From Escherichia coli (GTDB taxonomy: Bacteria; Pseudomonadota; Gammaproteobacteria; Enterobacterales; Enterobacteriaceae), in the NCBI RefSeq assembly GCF_024502345.1, contig NZ_JALDNN010000001.1: DNA of 64,000 nt; one strand, written 5' to 3'. Positions 54,607 through 64,000 of this stretch are shown here, piece by piece; the stretch's first letter is position 1; each line of letters begins with the position of its first letter. The position numbers and the translations under genes were made by a program. The notes below the pieces were generated by a model. It ran no database searches. It had not been told where the DNA came from and saw only the letters and a list, made by a program, of their open reading frames with translations.

Positions 54607-55724
54607 GCTTCACTCTCCTGCTGACGATACTGATACCACGCGGCGCACGCTCCTTCGGAGGAAACCATCAGCGCACCAAACGCGGTTTGAGGATTACAGG
54701 TGTTACCAAACAGCGGGCATTGATGCGGCTTACATTTGCCCGTTAATACTTCACCACAACGCGCACGCGGGTCATCGCAGACCTGCTGCGGTGCCGGGCG
54801 GAAATGTGCTTCGGCATCGAATCGTTGATAATCCGGCGTCAGGTGCACGCCAGAAGATTCAATCACGCCTAAGCCGCGCCATTCGCTGTCGCCGTTGACA
54901 CAGAACACATCGGCAATCGCCTGTTGCGCCAGCAGGTTACCGGCATCCGGTACCACCCGACGATACTGATTCTCTACCTTGCTGTGGGCCGCTATTTTCT
55001 GCTCCACCAGCATGACCACGCCTTGCAGTAGATCAAGGGGTTCGAAACCAGCGACCACCAGCGGACGATGAAAATCGCTGGCGATAAAATTATAGGCATC
55101 AGTGCCGATAACCATACTAACGTGGCCCGGCGCGAGGAACGCGTCGATACCGTTATCCGGCTGTTCCAGCAAACTGCGAAGCGTCGGGATAAGCGTAATG
55201 TGCTGGCAGAAGAAGTAAAAATTCTGCACATCACGCGCTTTCGCCTGTTGCAGAGTGATGGCGGTGGTCGGCATGGTGGTTTCAAAACCTAAGCCGAAGA
55301 ACACCACTTTGCGGGTTGGATTCTCCTGCGCCAGTTTCAACGCATCCATCGGCGAGTAAACGATGCGCACATCGGCACCGCGTGCTTTTGCCTGCAACAG
55401 CGATCCCTGTTTCCCCGGCACGCGCATGGCGTCGCCAAAGGTACAGAAGATGACTTCCGGATGGCTGGCAATCTCCACGCAGGTGTCGATTCTGCCCATC
55501 GGCAGTACGCACACCGGGCAACCCGGACCGTGGATAAACTCAACATTTTCAGGCAGTAACTGGTCGAGGCCGAATTTAAAAATGGCGTGGGTATGACCAC
55601 CGCACACTTCCATAATCCGCAGAGGGCGTTCGGCGGTGTAAGAGAGATGTGAAGCACGTTCGCGCAGATGCTCAATTAACTGCATCACCTGTTCCGGCGC
55701 GCGATATTCATCAACAAAACGCAT
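54603..55724 (-). CDS. hypD: Hydrogenase maturation factor HypD
   Basis: 373 aa, [13 protein letters not shown]..., with the GPGCPVC motif. Confidence 0.96.
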   Translation of the reverse strand: MRFVDEYRAPEQVMQLIEHLRERASHLSYTAERPLRIMEVCGGHTHAIFKFGLDQLLPENVEFIHGPGCPVCVLPMGRIDTCVEIASHPEVIFCTFGDAMRVPGKQGSLLQAKARGADVRIVYSPMDALKLAQENPTRKVVFFGLGFETTMPTTAITLQQAKARDVQNFYFFCQHITLIPTLRSLLEQPDNGIDAFLAPGHVSMVIGTDAYNFIASDFHRPLVVAGFEPLDLLQGVVMLVEQKIAAHSKVENQYRRVVPDAGNLLAQQAIADVFCVNGDSEWRGLGVIESSGVHLTPDYQRFDAEAHFRPAPQQVCDDPRARCGEVLTGKCKPHQCPLFGNTCNPQTAFGALMVSSEGACAAWYQYRQQESEA

Positions 55725-55996
55725 TATTTTTCCTCGCCATACAACAGCGCGCCGACATCCGGCTCAACGTCAAACATGTTTTGTAAGGCGTCGAGAGTGT
55801 CGCGTGCTTCGGCTTCATTAATTACGCTCATGGCAAAGCCAACGTGTACCAGTACCCACTGGCCCACGCGCGGCTGACCGTTTTCATCGCAGCTGCCGAC
55901 TAACGTTAAATCGACATCGCGCTGAATGCCGCAGACGTCGACTTTCGCCTGGTTGCCGTCAATGGTGCGGATCTGGCCGGGAACGCCTATGCACAT
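55724..55996 (-). CDS. hypC: Hydrogenase maturation chaperone HypC
   Basis: 90-aa product starting MCIGVPGQI (Met-Cys N-terminus), from the internal ATG at 55996. Confidence 0.95.
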   Translation of the reverse strand: MCIGVPGQIRTIDGNQAKVDVCGIQRDVDLTLVGSCDENGQPRVGQWVLVHVGFAMSVINEAEARDTLDALQNMFDVEPDVGALLYGEEK

Positions 55997-56859
55997 CGCT
56001 GTGTCTCCAGCCAGTTCAGCCACTGGTCCATCCCTTCACCGCTGGTGGCGGAAATAAGGATGATTTCAATTTCTGGATTGACTTCGCGGGCGCAGGCGAT
56101 GCACTTCTCAACGTCAAAGTTGAGATACGGCAACAGGTCAACTTTGTTGAGCAGCATCAGCGAGGCGGCGGCAAACATATGCGGATATTTCAGCGGTTTG
56201 TCTTCACCTTCGGTAACGGAAAGCACCGCCACTTTGTGTTTTTCACCGAGATCGAAGCTGGCCGGGCATACGAGGTTGCCAACGTTTTCGATAAACAGAA
56301 TACCGTTATCGTCCAGTGGCAGACGCGGTGCGGCGTCGGCAATCATCTGTGCGTCAAGATGGCAGCCTTTACCGGTGTTCACCTGAATCGCTGGTGTGCC
56401 GGTAGCGCGAATGCGTGCGGCATCGTTCACGGTTTGCTGATCGCCTTCAATAACCGCGCACGGAACGCTGTCTTTCAGGCGCATTAAGGTTTCCGTCAGC
56501 AGGGTGGTTTTACCGGAACCAGGGCTGGAAACCAGGTTGAGCACCAGTTGCTTGCGGGCAGCAAAGCGCGCGCGGTTGCGTTCAGCCAGACGGTTATTTT
56601 TGTCCAGCACGTCAATTTCGACTTCCAGCATCCGGCGCTGGCTCATGCCCGGCGCGTGAGTGCCCGCTTCGCCATGACCGTAATGCAGGTCGCCTTCTTC
56701 AGTCTGGCTGGGGGTAAATTCAGGCGTTTTAATGCCGGTGATTTTCATCTTCGGGCGTGCCGCCGGGGCAAATGGCGCGCTACGAAACGCGGAATGAGGG
56801 TTATGTTCATCACCCTCGATATACAGGTTGCCTTCACCGCAACCGCATGTTGTACACAT
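55987..56859 (-). CDS. hypB: Hydrogenase nickel incorporation GTPase HypB
   Basis: 290 aa with N-terminal MCTTCGCG and a G-domain GSPGSGKT. Confidence 0.96.
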   Translation of the reverse strand: MCTTCGCGEGNLYIEGDEHNPHSAFRSAPFAPAARPKMKITGIKTPEFTPSQTEEGDLHYGHGEAGTHAPGMSQRRMLEVEIDVLDKNNRLAERNRARFAARKQLVLNLVSSPGSGKTTLLTETLMRLKDSVPCAVIEGDQQTVNDAARIRATGTPAIQVNTGKGCHLDAQMIADAAPRLPLDDNGILFIENVGNLVCPASFDLGEKHKVAVLSVTEGEDKPLKYPHMFAAASLMLLNKVDLLPYLNFDVEKCIACAREVNPEIEIILISATSGEGMDQWLNWLETQRCA

Positions 56860-56862
56860 CGC

Positions 56863-57213
56863 TCACTCCTGGTCTATTTCTATCCGCCGAATCTGTAAAC
56901 CGTCGTCTGCCACAATCTGTAGCATGTCACCATGACACTGTGGACAGCGGCGGACTCGCTGGGTCAGTAGCGTCACATACTGTTGGCATGTTTCACACCA
57001 GCATTCGGCCTCTTGTTCTTCGAGGTGCAGTTTACAACCTTCCGCCACGCTGCCGCGGCAAACCAGATCAAAACAAAAGGCAAGAGAGCTGGTTTCGACA
57101 CAAGAAAATGCGCCAATTTTGAGCCAGACCCCAGTTACGCGTTTTGCGCCGTGTTTTGCGGCCTGCTGTTCGATCAATTCCAGTGCCCGTTGGCAGAGGG
57201 TTATTTCGTGCAT
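56863..57213 (-). CDS. hypA: Hydrogenase nickel incorporation protein HypA
   Basis: 116 aa, MHEITLCQRALELIEQQ..., with the CxxC...CxxC zinc site. Confidence 0.95.
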   Translation of the reverse strand: MHEITLCQRALELIEQQAAKHGAKRVTGVWLKIGAFSCVETSSLAFCFDLVCRGSVAEGCKLHLEEQEAECWCETCQQYVTLLTQRVRRCPQCHGDMLQIVADDGLQIRRIEIDQE

Positions 57214-57243
57214 ATCGCCTCCCATTAACTATTGCCAGCTACA

Positions 57244-57259
57244 AGCAATAATTGTGCCA
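57244..57259 (-). promoter_or_regulatory. Sigma-54 (-24/-12) promoter of the hyp operon
   Basis: The minus strand reads TGGCACAATTATTGCT, with GG and GC separated by 10 nt, about 30 bp upstream of hypA. Confidence 0.7.
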
Positions 57260-57283
57260 GTGTTGATTATCCCTACAGTGAAT

Positions 57284-57330
57284 AATGTCGATGATGTCGA
57301 AATGACACGTCGACACGGCGACGAAATTCA
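57284..57330. promoter_or_regulatory. Candidate FhlA upstream activating sequences in the hyp-hyc divergent region
   Basis: A cluster of TGTCGA/TCGACA-type repeats: ATGTCGATGATGTCGAAATGACACGTCGACACGGCGACGAAAT. FhlA is known to bind between hycA and hypA, but the exact footprint was not verified here. Confidence 0.45.
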
Positions 57331-57372
57331 CCAAAATCTTAAAAATCGCTTTAATAACAATAAATTAAAAGT

Positions 57373-57388
57373 TGGCACAAAAAATGCT
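57373..57388 (+). promoter_or_regulatory. Sigma-54 (-24/-12) promoter of the hyc operon
   Basis: TGGCACAAAAAATGCT, with GG and GC separated by 10 nt, ~37 bp upstream of the hycA ATG. Confidence 0.7.
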
Positions 57389-57424
57389 TAAAGCTGGCAT
57401 CTCTGTTAAACGGGTAACCTGACA

Positions 57425-57886
57425 ATGACTATTTGGGAAATAAGCGAGAAAGCCGATTACATCGCACAGCGGCATCGTCGCCTACAGGACCAGTGGCACA
57501 TCTACTGCAATTCGCTGGTTCAGGGGATCACGTTATCGAAAGCGCGCCTGCATCACGCCATGAGCTGCGCGCCGGACAAAGAACTCTGTTTCGTCCTTTT
57601 TGAACATTTTCGTATTTACGTCACCCTGGCGGATGGCTTTAACAGCCACACCATCGAGTATTACGTCGAAACAAAAGATGGCGAAGACAAACAGCGGATT
57701 GCGCAGGCGCAACTGAGCATTGACGGCATGATTGATGGCAAGGTCAACATCCGCGATCGCGAACAGGTTCTGGAACACTATCTCGAAAAAATCGCTGGCG
57801 TTTACGACAGCTTATACACCGCTATTGAAAACAATGTGCCGGTGAATTTAAGCCAACTGGTAAAGGGACAAAGCCCGGCAGCATGA
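57425..57886 (+). CDS. hycA: Formate hydrogenlyase regulatory protein HycA
   Basis: 153 aa, MTIWEISEKADYIAQRHRRLQDQW.... Confidence 0.95.
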   Translation: MTIWEISEKADYIAQRHRRLQDQWHIYCNSLVQGITLSKARLHHAMSCAPDKELCFVLFEHFRIYVTLADGFNSHTIEYYVETKDGEDKQRIAQAQLSIDGMIDGKVNIRDREQVLEHYLEKIAGVYDSLYTAIENNVPVNLSQLVKGQSPAA

Positions 57887-58010
57887 GCTGAGGCTTTGCC
57901 CGTTTTGCAGGCGTTACGCCTGTTTGGGGATGGGCGTGTCGATGAGTGTCGAAAATGACATTTCATCGGCATGTTTTCGTCAAAAATGACAATCACCTGA
58001 GGAATGCCTG

Positions 58011-58622
58011 GTGAATCGTTTTGTAATTGCTGACTCCACGCTCTGTATCGGCTGCCACACTTGTGAGGCCGCCTGTTCAGAGACGCATCGCCAGCACGGC
58101 CTGCAATCAATGCCGCGCCTGAGAGTGATGCTAAATGAAAAAGAATCTGCGCCGCAGCTCTGTCACCACTGTGAAGATGCACCCTGCGCGGTGGTCTGCC
58201 CGGTTAACGCCATCACCCGCGTTGATGGGGCCGTGCAGTTGAATGAAAGCCTGTGCGTAAGCTGCAAACTGTGCGGCATCGCCTGCCCGTTTGGCGCAAT
58301 TGAATTTTCCGGCAGCCGTCCGCTGGATATTCCGGCAAACGCCAATACCCCGAAAGCGCCACCGGCACCGCCTGCTCCGGCGCGTGTCAGCACATTGCTT
58401 GACTGGGTGCCAGGTATTCGCGCGATCGCCGTCAAATGTGACCTTTGTAGCTTTGATGAACAAGGTCCGGCCTGCGTGCGGATGTGCCCGACTAAAGCCC
58501 TGCATCTGGTGGATAACACCGATATCGCCCGCGTCAGCAAACGTAAGCGTGAGCTGACCTTTAACACGGACTTTGGCGATCTCACCTTGTTTCAGCAGGC
58601 TCAAAGTGGAGAGGCTAAATGA
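58011..58622 (+). CDS. hycB: Formate hydrogenlyase subunit 2 (4Fe-4S ferredoxin-type)
   Basis: 203 aa with four CxxCxxCxxxC(P) clusters. Confidence 0.96.
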   Translation: MNRFVIADSTLCIGCHTCEAACSETHRQHGLQSMPRLRVMLNEKESAPQLCHHCEDAPCAVVCPVNAITRVDGAVQLNESLCVSCKLCGIACPFGAIEFSGSRPLDIPANANTPKAPPAPPAPARVSTLLDWVPGIRAIAVKCDLCSFDEQGPACVRMCPTKALHLVDNTDIARVSKRKRELTFNTDFGDLTLFQQAQSGEAK

Positions 58623-60445
58623 GCGCAATTTCCCTGATCAATAGCGGCGTGGCGTGGTTTGTCGCCGCCGCTGTTCTGGCATTTCTCTTTTCTTTTCAAA
58701 AGGCGCTAAGCGGCTGGATAGCCGGAATTGGCGGCGCGGTTGGTAGTCTGTATACGGCAGCCGCGGGCTTCACTGTACTGACTGGCGCGGTTGGCGTGAG
58801 CGGTGCGCTGTCGCTGGTAAGCTACGATGTGCAAATCTCTCCGCTTAACGCGATTTGGCTGATTACGCTCGGTCTGTGCGGTCTGTTTGTCAGCCTCTAC
58901 AACATTGACTGGCATCGCCACGCGCAGGTGAAGTGCAACGGCTTGCAGATCAATATGTTGATGGCTGCCGCCGTCTGCGCCGTCATTGCCAGCAACCTCG
59001 GCATGTTCGTGGTAATGGCCGAAGTCATGGCCTTGTGTGCGGTGTTCCTCACCAGCAACAGCAAAGAGGGCAAACTGTGGTTTGCGCTGGGGCGTCTTGG
59101 CACTCTGCTGCTGGCGATTGCTTGCTGGCTGCTGTGGCAGCGTTACGGCACGCTGGATCTGCGCCTGCTGGATATGCGTATGCAACAGCTGCCGCTCGGT
59201 TCCGATATCTGGCTGCTCGGTGTGATTGGCTTTGGCCTGCTGGCCGGGATTATTCCGCTGCACGGCTGGGTGCCGCAGGCACATGCGAACGCCTCTGCGC
59301 CAGCTGCCGCGTTGTTTTCTACGGTAGTCATGAAAATTGGCCTGCTGGGCATTTTAACCCTGTCGCTGCTGGGCGGTAATGCACCGCTGTGGTGGGGGAT
59401 CGCGCTGCTGGTGCTCGGCATGATCACCGCGTTCGTCGGTGGTCTGTATGCGTTGATGGAACACAACATCCAGCGCCTGCTGGCTTACCACACCCTGGAA
59501 AATATCGGCATTATCCTGCTGGGGCTGGGCGCTGGCGTAACGGGTATCGCGCTCGAACAACCGGCGCTGATTGCCCTTGGTCTGGTCGGTGGTCTGTACC
59601 ATCTGCTTAACCATAGCCTGTTCAAAAGCGTACTGTTCCTCGGGGCGGGGAGCGTCTGGTTCCGTACCGGTCATCGCGATATCGAAAAACTCGGTGGTAT
59701 TGGCAAGAAAATGCCGGTTATCTCCATCGCCATGTTAGTCGGGCTGATGGCAATGGCTGCGCTGCCGCCACTGAACGGTTTTGCCGGGGAATGGGTTATC
59801 TATCAATCCTTTTTCAAACTGAGCAATAGTGGCGCGTTTGTTGCCCGTCTGCTGGGGCCGCTGCTCGCTGTGGGTCTGGCAATTACCGGTGCGCTGGCGG
59901 TGATGTGTATGGCGAAAGTCTATGGCGTCACGTTCCTCGGCGCGCCGCGTACCAAAGAAGCCGAAAACGCCTCCTGTGCACCGATCCTGATGAGCGTAAG
60001 CGTAGTGGCACTGGCGATTTGCTGCGTAATTGGCGGTGTTGCTGCGCCGTGGCTGCTGCCGATGCTCTCTGCTGCTGTACCTCTGCCTCTGGAGCCTGCT
60101 AACACCACCGTTTCTCAACCAATGATCACATTGCTGCTGATTGCCTGCCCGCTGCTGCCATTCATCATTATGGCGATTTGCAAAGGCGACCGCCTGCCGT
60201 CACGTTCCCGCGGTGCGGCCTGGGTGTGCGGCTACGACCATGAAAAATCAATGGTGATTACCGCTCACGGTTTTGCCATGCCGGTGAAACAGGCGTTTGC
60301 GCCAGTGCTGAAACTGCGCAAATGGCTGAATCCGGTGTCGCTGGTGCCGGGCTGGCAGTGCGAAGGTAGTGCGTTGCTGTTCCGCCGGATGGCGCTGGTT
60401 GAACTGGCGGTACTGGTGGTGATTATTGTTTCACGAGGAGCCTGA
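58619..60445 (+). CDS. hycC: Formate hydrogenlyase subunit 3 (NuoL/M/N-like membrane subunit)
   Basis: 608-aa polytopic membrane protein, syntenic. Confidence 0.96.
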   Translation: MSAISLINSGVAWFVAAAVLAFLFSFQKALSGWIAGIGGAVGSLYTAAAGFTVLTGAVGVSGALSLVSYDVQISPLNAIWLITLGLCGLFVSLYNIDWHRHAQVKCNGLQINMLMAAAVCAVIASNLGMFVVMAEVMALCAVFLTSNSKEGKLWFALGRLGTLLLAIACWLLWQRYGTLDLRLLDMRMQQLPLGSDIWLLGVIGFGLLAGIIPLHGWVPQAHANASAPAAALFSTVVMKIGLLGILTLSLLGGNAPLWWGIALLVLGMITAFVGGLYALMEHNIQRLLAYHTLENIGIILLGLGAGVTGIALEQPALIALGLVGGLYHLLNHSLFKSVLFLGAGSVWFRTGHRDIEKLGGIGKKMPVISIAMLVGLMAMAALPPLNGFAGEWVIYQSFFKLSNSGAFVARLLGPLLAVGLAITGALAVMCMAKVYGVTFLGAPRTKEAENASCAPILMSVSVVALAICCVIGGVAAPWLLPMLSAAVPLPLEPANTTVSQPMITLLLIACPLLPFIIMAICKGDRLPSRSRGAAWVCGYDHEKSMVITAHGFAMPVKQAFAPVLKLRKWLNPVSLVPGWQCEGSALLFRRMALVELAVLVVIIVSRGA

Positions 60446-60447
60446 GA

Positions 60448-61371
60448 ATGAGTGTTTTATATCCGTTAATTCAGGCGCTGGTGTTATTTGCCTTTGCGCC
60501 GCTGCTCTCCGGTATTACCCGCGTGGCGCGCGCCCGTCTGCATAACCGTCGTGGGCCGGGTGTGTTGCAGGAGTATCGTGACATTTTCAAACTGCTGGGC
60601 CGCCAGAGCGTTGGCCCGGATGCCTCCGGCTGGGTGTTCCGCCTGACGCCGTATGTGATGGTGGGCGTCATGCTGACTATCGCTACTGCGCTGCCGGTGG
60701 TGACCGTCGGTTCTCCGCTGCCGCAACTGGGTGATTTAATCACCTTACTGTATCTCTTTGCCATCGCGCGTTTCTTCTTTGCCATTTCTGGTCTGGATAC
60801 CGGTAGCCCGTTTACCGCTATCGGCGCGAGCCGTGAAGCGATGCTTGGCGTGCTGGTCGAACCGATGCTTCTGCTTGGTCTGTGGGTTGCCGCACAGGTT
60901 GCCGGTTCCACCAACATCAGCAACATCACCGACACCGTTTATCACTGGCCGCTGAGCCAGAGCATCCCGCTGGTACTGGCGCATTGTGCCTGTGCGTTCG
61001 CCACCTTTATCGAAATGGGCAAACTGCCGTTCGACCTGGCGGAAGCCGAGCAGGAGCTGCAGGAAGGCCCGCTCTCTGAATACAGCGGCAGCGGCTTTGG
61101 CGTCATGAAATGGGGTATCAGCCTGAAACAGCTGGTGGTGCTGCAGATGTTCGTCGGCGTATTTATCCCGTGGGGACAGATGGAAACCTTCACCGCCGGT
61201 GGGCTGCTGCTGGCGCTGGTGATTGCCATCGTCAAACTGGTCGTCGGCGTCCTGGTTATCGCGCTGTTCGAAAACAGCATGGCCCGTCTGCGTCTTGATA
61301 TTACTCCGCGCATTACCTGGGCTGGGTTTGGCTTTGCATTTTTAGCGTTCGTCTCCTTGCTGGCGGCGTGA
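60448..61371 (+). CDS. hycD: Formate hydrogenlyase subunit 4 (NuoH-like membrane subunit)
   Basis: 307-aa membrane protein, syntenic. Confidence 0.96.
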   Translation: MSVLYPLIQALVLFAFAPLLSGITRVARARLHNRRGPGVLQEYRDIFKLLGRQSVGPDASGWVFRLTPYVMVGVMLTIATALPVVTVGSPLPQLGDLITLLYLFAIARFFFAISGLDTGSPFTAIGASREAMLGVLVEPMLLLGLWVAAQVAGSTNISNITDTVYHWPLSQSIPLVLAHCACAFATFIEMGKLPFDLAEAEQELQEGPLSEYSGSGFGVMKWGISLKQLVVLQMFVGVFIPWGQMETFTAGGLLLALVIAIVKLVVGVLVIALFENSMARLRLDITPRITWAGFGFAFLAFVSLLAA

Positions 61372-61388
61372 TTAAAGAGAGTTTGAGC

Positions 61389-63098
61389 ATGTCTGAAGAA
61401 AAATTAGGTCAACATTATCTCGCCGCGCTGAATGAGGCATTTCCGGGCGTCGTGCTGGACCACGCCTGGCAGACCAAAGATCAGCTGACCGTGACCGTGA
61501 AGGTGAACTATCTGCCAGAAGTGGTGGAGTTTCTCTACTACAAACAGGGTGGCTGGCTGTCGGTGCTTTTTGGTAACGACGAACGCAAACTGAATGGTCA
61601 TTACGCCGTTTATTACGTGCTGTCGATGGAGAAGGGGACTAAGTGTTGGGTAACGGTGCGCGTCGAAGTTGACGCCAACAAACCGGAATATCCGTCCGTA
61701 ACGCCGCGCGTTCCGGCGGCGGTGTGGGGCGAGCGCGAAGTGCGCGATATGTACGGATTGATTCCGGTTGGTCTGCCGGATGAACGCCGTCTGGTGCTGC
61801 CGGATGACTGGCCGGATGAACTTTATCCGCTGCGTAAAGACAGCATGGATTATCGTCAGCGTCCGGCACCGACCACCGATGCTGAAACCTACGAGTTCAT
61901 CAACGAACTGGGCGACAAGAAAAACAACGTCGTGCCGATTGGTCCGCTGCACGTCACTTCTGACGAACCGGGCCACTTCCGTCTGTTCGTCGATGGCGAA
62001 AACATTATCGACGCCGACTACCGCCTGTTCTATGTCCATCGCGGCATGGAAAAACTGGCGGAAACCCGCATGGGTTATAACGAAGTGACCTTCCTCTCTG
62101 ACCGTGTGTGCGGGATCTGCGGCTTTGCTCACAGCACCGCCTACACCACGTCGGTGGAAAACGCGATGGGTATTCAGGTGCCAGAACGTGCGCAGATGAT
62201 CCGCGCCATTCTGCTGGAGGTGGAACGCCTGCACTCGCATCTGCTCAACCTCGGCCTCGTCTGCCACTTTACCGGCTTCGACTCCGGCTTTATGCAGTTC
62301 TTCCGCGTGCGTGAAACCTCCATGAAAATGGCAGAGATCCTTACCGGTGCGCGTAAAACCTACGGCCTGAACCTGATCGGCGGGATTCGTCGCGATCTGC
62401 TGAAAGATGACATGATCCAGACCCGCCAGCTGGCGCAACAGATGCGTCGTGAAGTGCAGGAGCTGGTGGATGTGCTGCTGAGCACACCGAACATGGAACA
62501 ACGCACCGTCGGCATTGGTCGTCTGGACCCGGAAATCGCCCGCGATTTCAGTAATGTCGGCCCGATGGTCCGTGCCAGCGGTCACGCCCGTGATACCCGT
62601 GCCGATCACCCGTTTGTCGGCTATGGCCTGCTGCCAATGGAAGTCCACAGCGAGCAGGGGTGCGACGTTATTTCCCGTCTGAAAGTGCGTATCAACGAAG
62701 TCTATACCGCGCTGAACATGATCGACTACGGTCTGGATAACCTGCCGGGTGGCCCACTGATGGTGGAAGGCTTTACCTACATTCCGCACCGCTTTGCGCT
62801 GGGCTTTGCCGAAGCGCCGCGCGGCGATGATATCCACTGGAGCATGACCGGCGACAACCAGAAGCTGTACCGCTGGCGCTGCCGTGCCGCGACCTACGCG
62901 AACTGGCCGACCCTGCGCTACATGCTGCGCGGCAACACCGTTTCCGATGCGCCGCTGATTATCGGTAGCCTGGACCCTTGCTACTCCTGTACCGACCGCA
63001 TGACCGTAGTCGATGTGCGTAAGAAGAAGAGCAAAGTGGTGCCGTACAAAGAACTCGAGCGCTACAGCATTGAGCGTAAAAACTCGCCGCTGAAATAA
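61389..63098 (+). CDS. hycE: Hydrogenase 3 large subunit ([NiFe], NuoC/D-like fusion)
   Basis: The start at 61389 gives 569 aa, MSEEKLGQHYLAALNEAF.... NiFe ligands are RVCGICG and DPCYSCTDR. Confidence 0.96.
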   Translation: MSEEKLGQHYLAALNEAFPGVVLDHAWQTKDQLTVTVKVNYLPEVVEFLYYKQGGWLSVLFGNDERKLNGHYAVYYVLSMEKGTKCWVTVRVEVDANKPEYPSVTPRVPAAVWGEREVRDMYGLIPVGLPDERRLVLPDDWPDELYPLRKDSMDYRQRPAPTTDAETYEFINELGDKKNNVVPIGPLHVTSDEPGHFRLFVDGENIIDADYRLFYVHRGMEKLAETRMGYNEVTFLSDRVCGICGFAHSTAYTTSVENAMGIQVPERAQMIRAILLEVERLHSHLLNLGLVCHFTGFDSGFMQFFRVRETSMKMAEILTGARKTYGLNLIGGIRRDLLKDDMIQTRQLAQQMRREVQELVDVLLSTPNMEQRTVGIGRLDPEIARDFSNVGPMVRASGHARDTRADHPFVGYGLLPMEVHSEQGCDVISRLKVRINEVYTALNMIDYGLDNLPGGPLMVEGFTYIPHRFALGFAEAPRGDDIHWSMTGDNQKLYRWRCRAATYANWPTLRYMLRGNTVSDAPLIIGSLDPCYSCTDRMTVVDVRKKKSKVVPYKELERYSIERKNSPLK

Positions 63099-63107
63099 GG
63101 AATCGCC

Positions 63108-63650
63108 ATGTTTACCTTTATCAAAAAAGTTATCAAAACCGGCACGGCGACCTCGTCTTATCCGCTGGAGCCGATTGCGGTTGATAAAAACTTCCGTGGT
63201 AAGCCAGAGCAGAACCCGCAGCAGTGCATCGGCTGCGCGGCCTGCGTCAATGCCTGCCCGTCAAACGCCTTAACGGTTGAAACTGACCTCGCCACAGGAG
63301 AGCTTGCGTGGGAGTTTAATCTCGGGCGTTGCATCTTCTGTGGACGCTGCGAAGAAGTTTGCCCGACGGCGGCGATCAAACTGTCGCAAGAGTACGAACT
63401 GGCGGTGTGGAAGAAAGAAGACTTCCTGCAACAGTCCCGCTTCGCGCTGTGCAACTGCCGCGTCTGCAATCGTCCTTTCGCCGTTCAGAAAGAGATCGAC
63501 TACGCCATTGCGCTGCTTAAGCACAACGGCGACAGCCGCGCGGAAAACCACCGCGAAAGCTTTGAGACTTGCCCGGAATGTAAGCGCCAGAAATGCCTGG
63601 TGCCGTCCGACCGTATTGAACTGACTCGCCATATGAAAGAGGCCATCTGA
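63108..63650 (+). CDS. hycF: Formate hydrogenlyase subunit 6 (NuoI-like 2x[4Fe-4S])
   Basis: 180 aa with [12 protein letters not shown] and [12 protein letters not shown]. Confidence 0.96.
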   Translation: MFTFIKKVIKTGTATSSYPLEPIAVDKNFRGKPEQNPQQCIGCAACVNACPSNALTVETDLATGELAWEFNLGRCIFCGRCEEVCPTAAIKLSQEYELAVWKKEDFLQQSRFALCNCRVCNRPFAVQKEIDYAIALLKHNGDSRAENHRESFETCPECKRQKCLVPSDRIELTRHMKEAI

Positions 63651-64000
63651 TGAGCAATTTATTAGGCCCCCGTGACGCCAACGGCATTCCGGTCCCGATG
63701 ACGGTGGATGAATCCATCGCCAGTATGAAGGCGTCGTTACTGAAAAAAATCAAACGCTCTGCCTACGTTTACCGCGTGGACTGCGGCGGCTGCAACGGCT
63801 GCGAAATCGAAATTTTCGCCACGCTTTCGCCGCTGTTTGATGCAGAACGCTTCGGCATTAAAGTCGTTCCTTCACCGCGTCATGCGGATATTTTACTGTT
63901 TACCGGCGCGGTCACCCGTGCAATGCGATCCCCTGCGCTGCGTGCGTGGCAGTCCGCGCCGGACCCGAAAATTTGTATCTCCTACGGTGCCTGCGGTAAC
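63650..64000 (+). CDS. hycG: Hydrogenase 3 small subunit (NuoB-like), N-terminal part (3' end lies outside the window)
   Basis: The ATG overlaps the hycF stop (TGATG). The product starts [27 protein letters not shown]...[10 protein letters not shown], and the ORF is open to the window end. Confidence 0.93.
   Translation, partial: MSNLLGPRDANGIPVPMTVDESIASMKASLLKKIKRSAYVYRVDCGGCNGCEIEIFATLSPLFDAERFGIKVVPSPRHADILLFTGAVTRAMRSPALRAWQSAPDPKICISYGACGN

Noticed and set aside
61404-62837. A 477-aa minus-strand ORF, one of the longest in the track.
   Set aside because: It lies entirely antisense to hycE, whose product is unmistakable. The translation is low-complexity and rich in H, R and Q, which is typical of a shadow ORF in GC-rich coding sequence.

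Overview
This is an Escherichia coli chromosomal segment. I identified it from the encoded proteins, which match well-known K-12 products, and it runs in reverse K-12 order from cysJIH to hycA-G. The conserved backbone is cysJ(partial)-cysI-cysH, iap, cysDNC, ygbE, ftsB, ispDF, truD, surE, pcm, nlpD, rpoS, ygbN-M-L-K-J/ygbI, pphB, mutS, ygbA, fhlA, hypEDCBA and hycABCDEFG(partial). Three accessory or rearranged regions interrupt it. (1) Between cysH and iap there is a Hok-family toxin gene and a decayed type I-E CRISPR-Cas locus. A single ORF joins most of Cas3 in frame to the C-terminal ~75 aa of Cas2, so the Cascade genes and cas1 are missing. A leader and a 3-spacer mini-array follow it. 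(2) Between rpoS and ygbN lies the strain-variable hosA-ecdBCD module (MarR/SlyA regulator plus UbiX/UbiD-type decarboxylase); the UbiD-like gene carries a 1-nt frameshift. (3) A mosaic integrative island of ~20.7 kb (about 29984-50670) sits in the mutS-ygbA intergenic region, bounded by a 16-bp imperfect direct repeat. It carries a P4-type integrase, a PD-(D/E)xK-like gene split by IS5 (TTAG target duplication), a Ner/Mu-repressor-like switch with small exported proteins, and a predicted Cys-peptidase/RadC(JAB)/DUF2787-like cluster. It also carries a second tyrosine recombinase, AlpA, a putative replication module that includes a protein with family-A DNA-polymerase-like motifs, and a Fic protein. 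The strongest candidate for something new is a tightly coupled four-gene operon, hsdM-hsdS-ABC ATPase-HNH nuclease. It looks like type I methyltransferase/specificity subunits joined to a Septu (PtuA/PtuB)-like pair, and no hsdR is present anywhere in the window. All family assignments rest on motifs read by eye and on remembered sequences. No database search was run.
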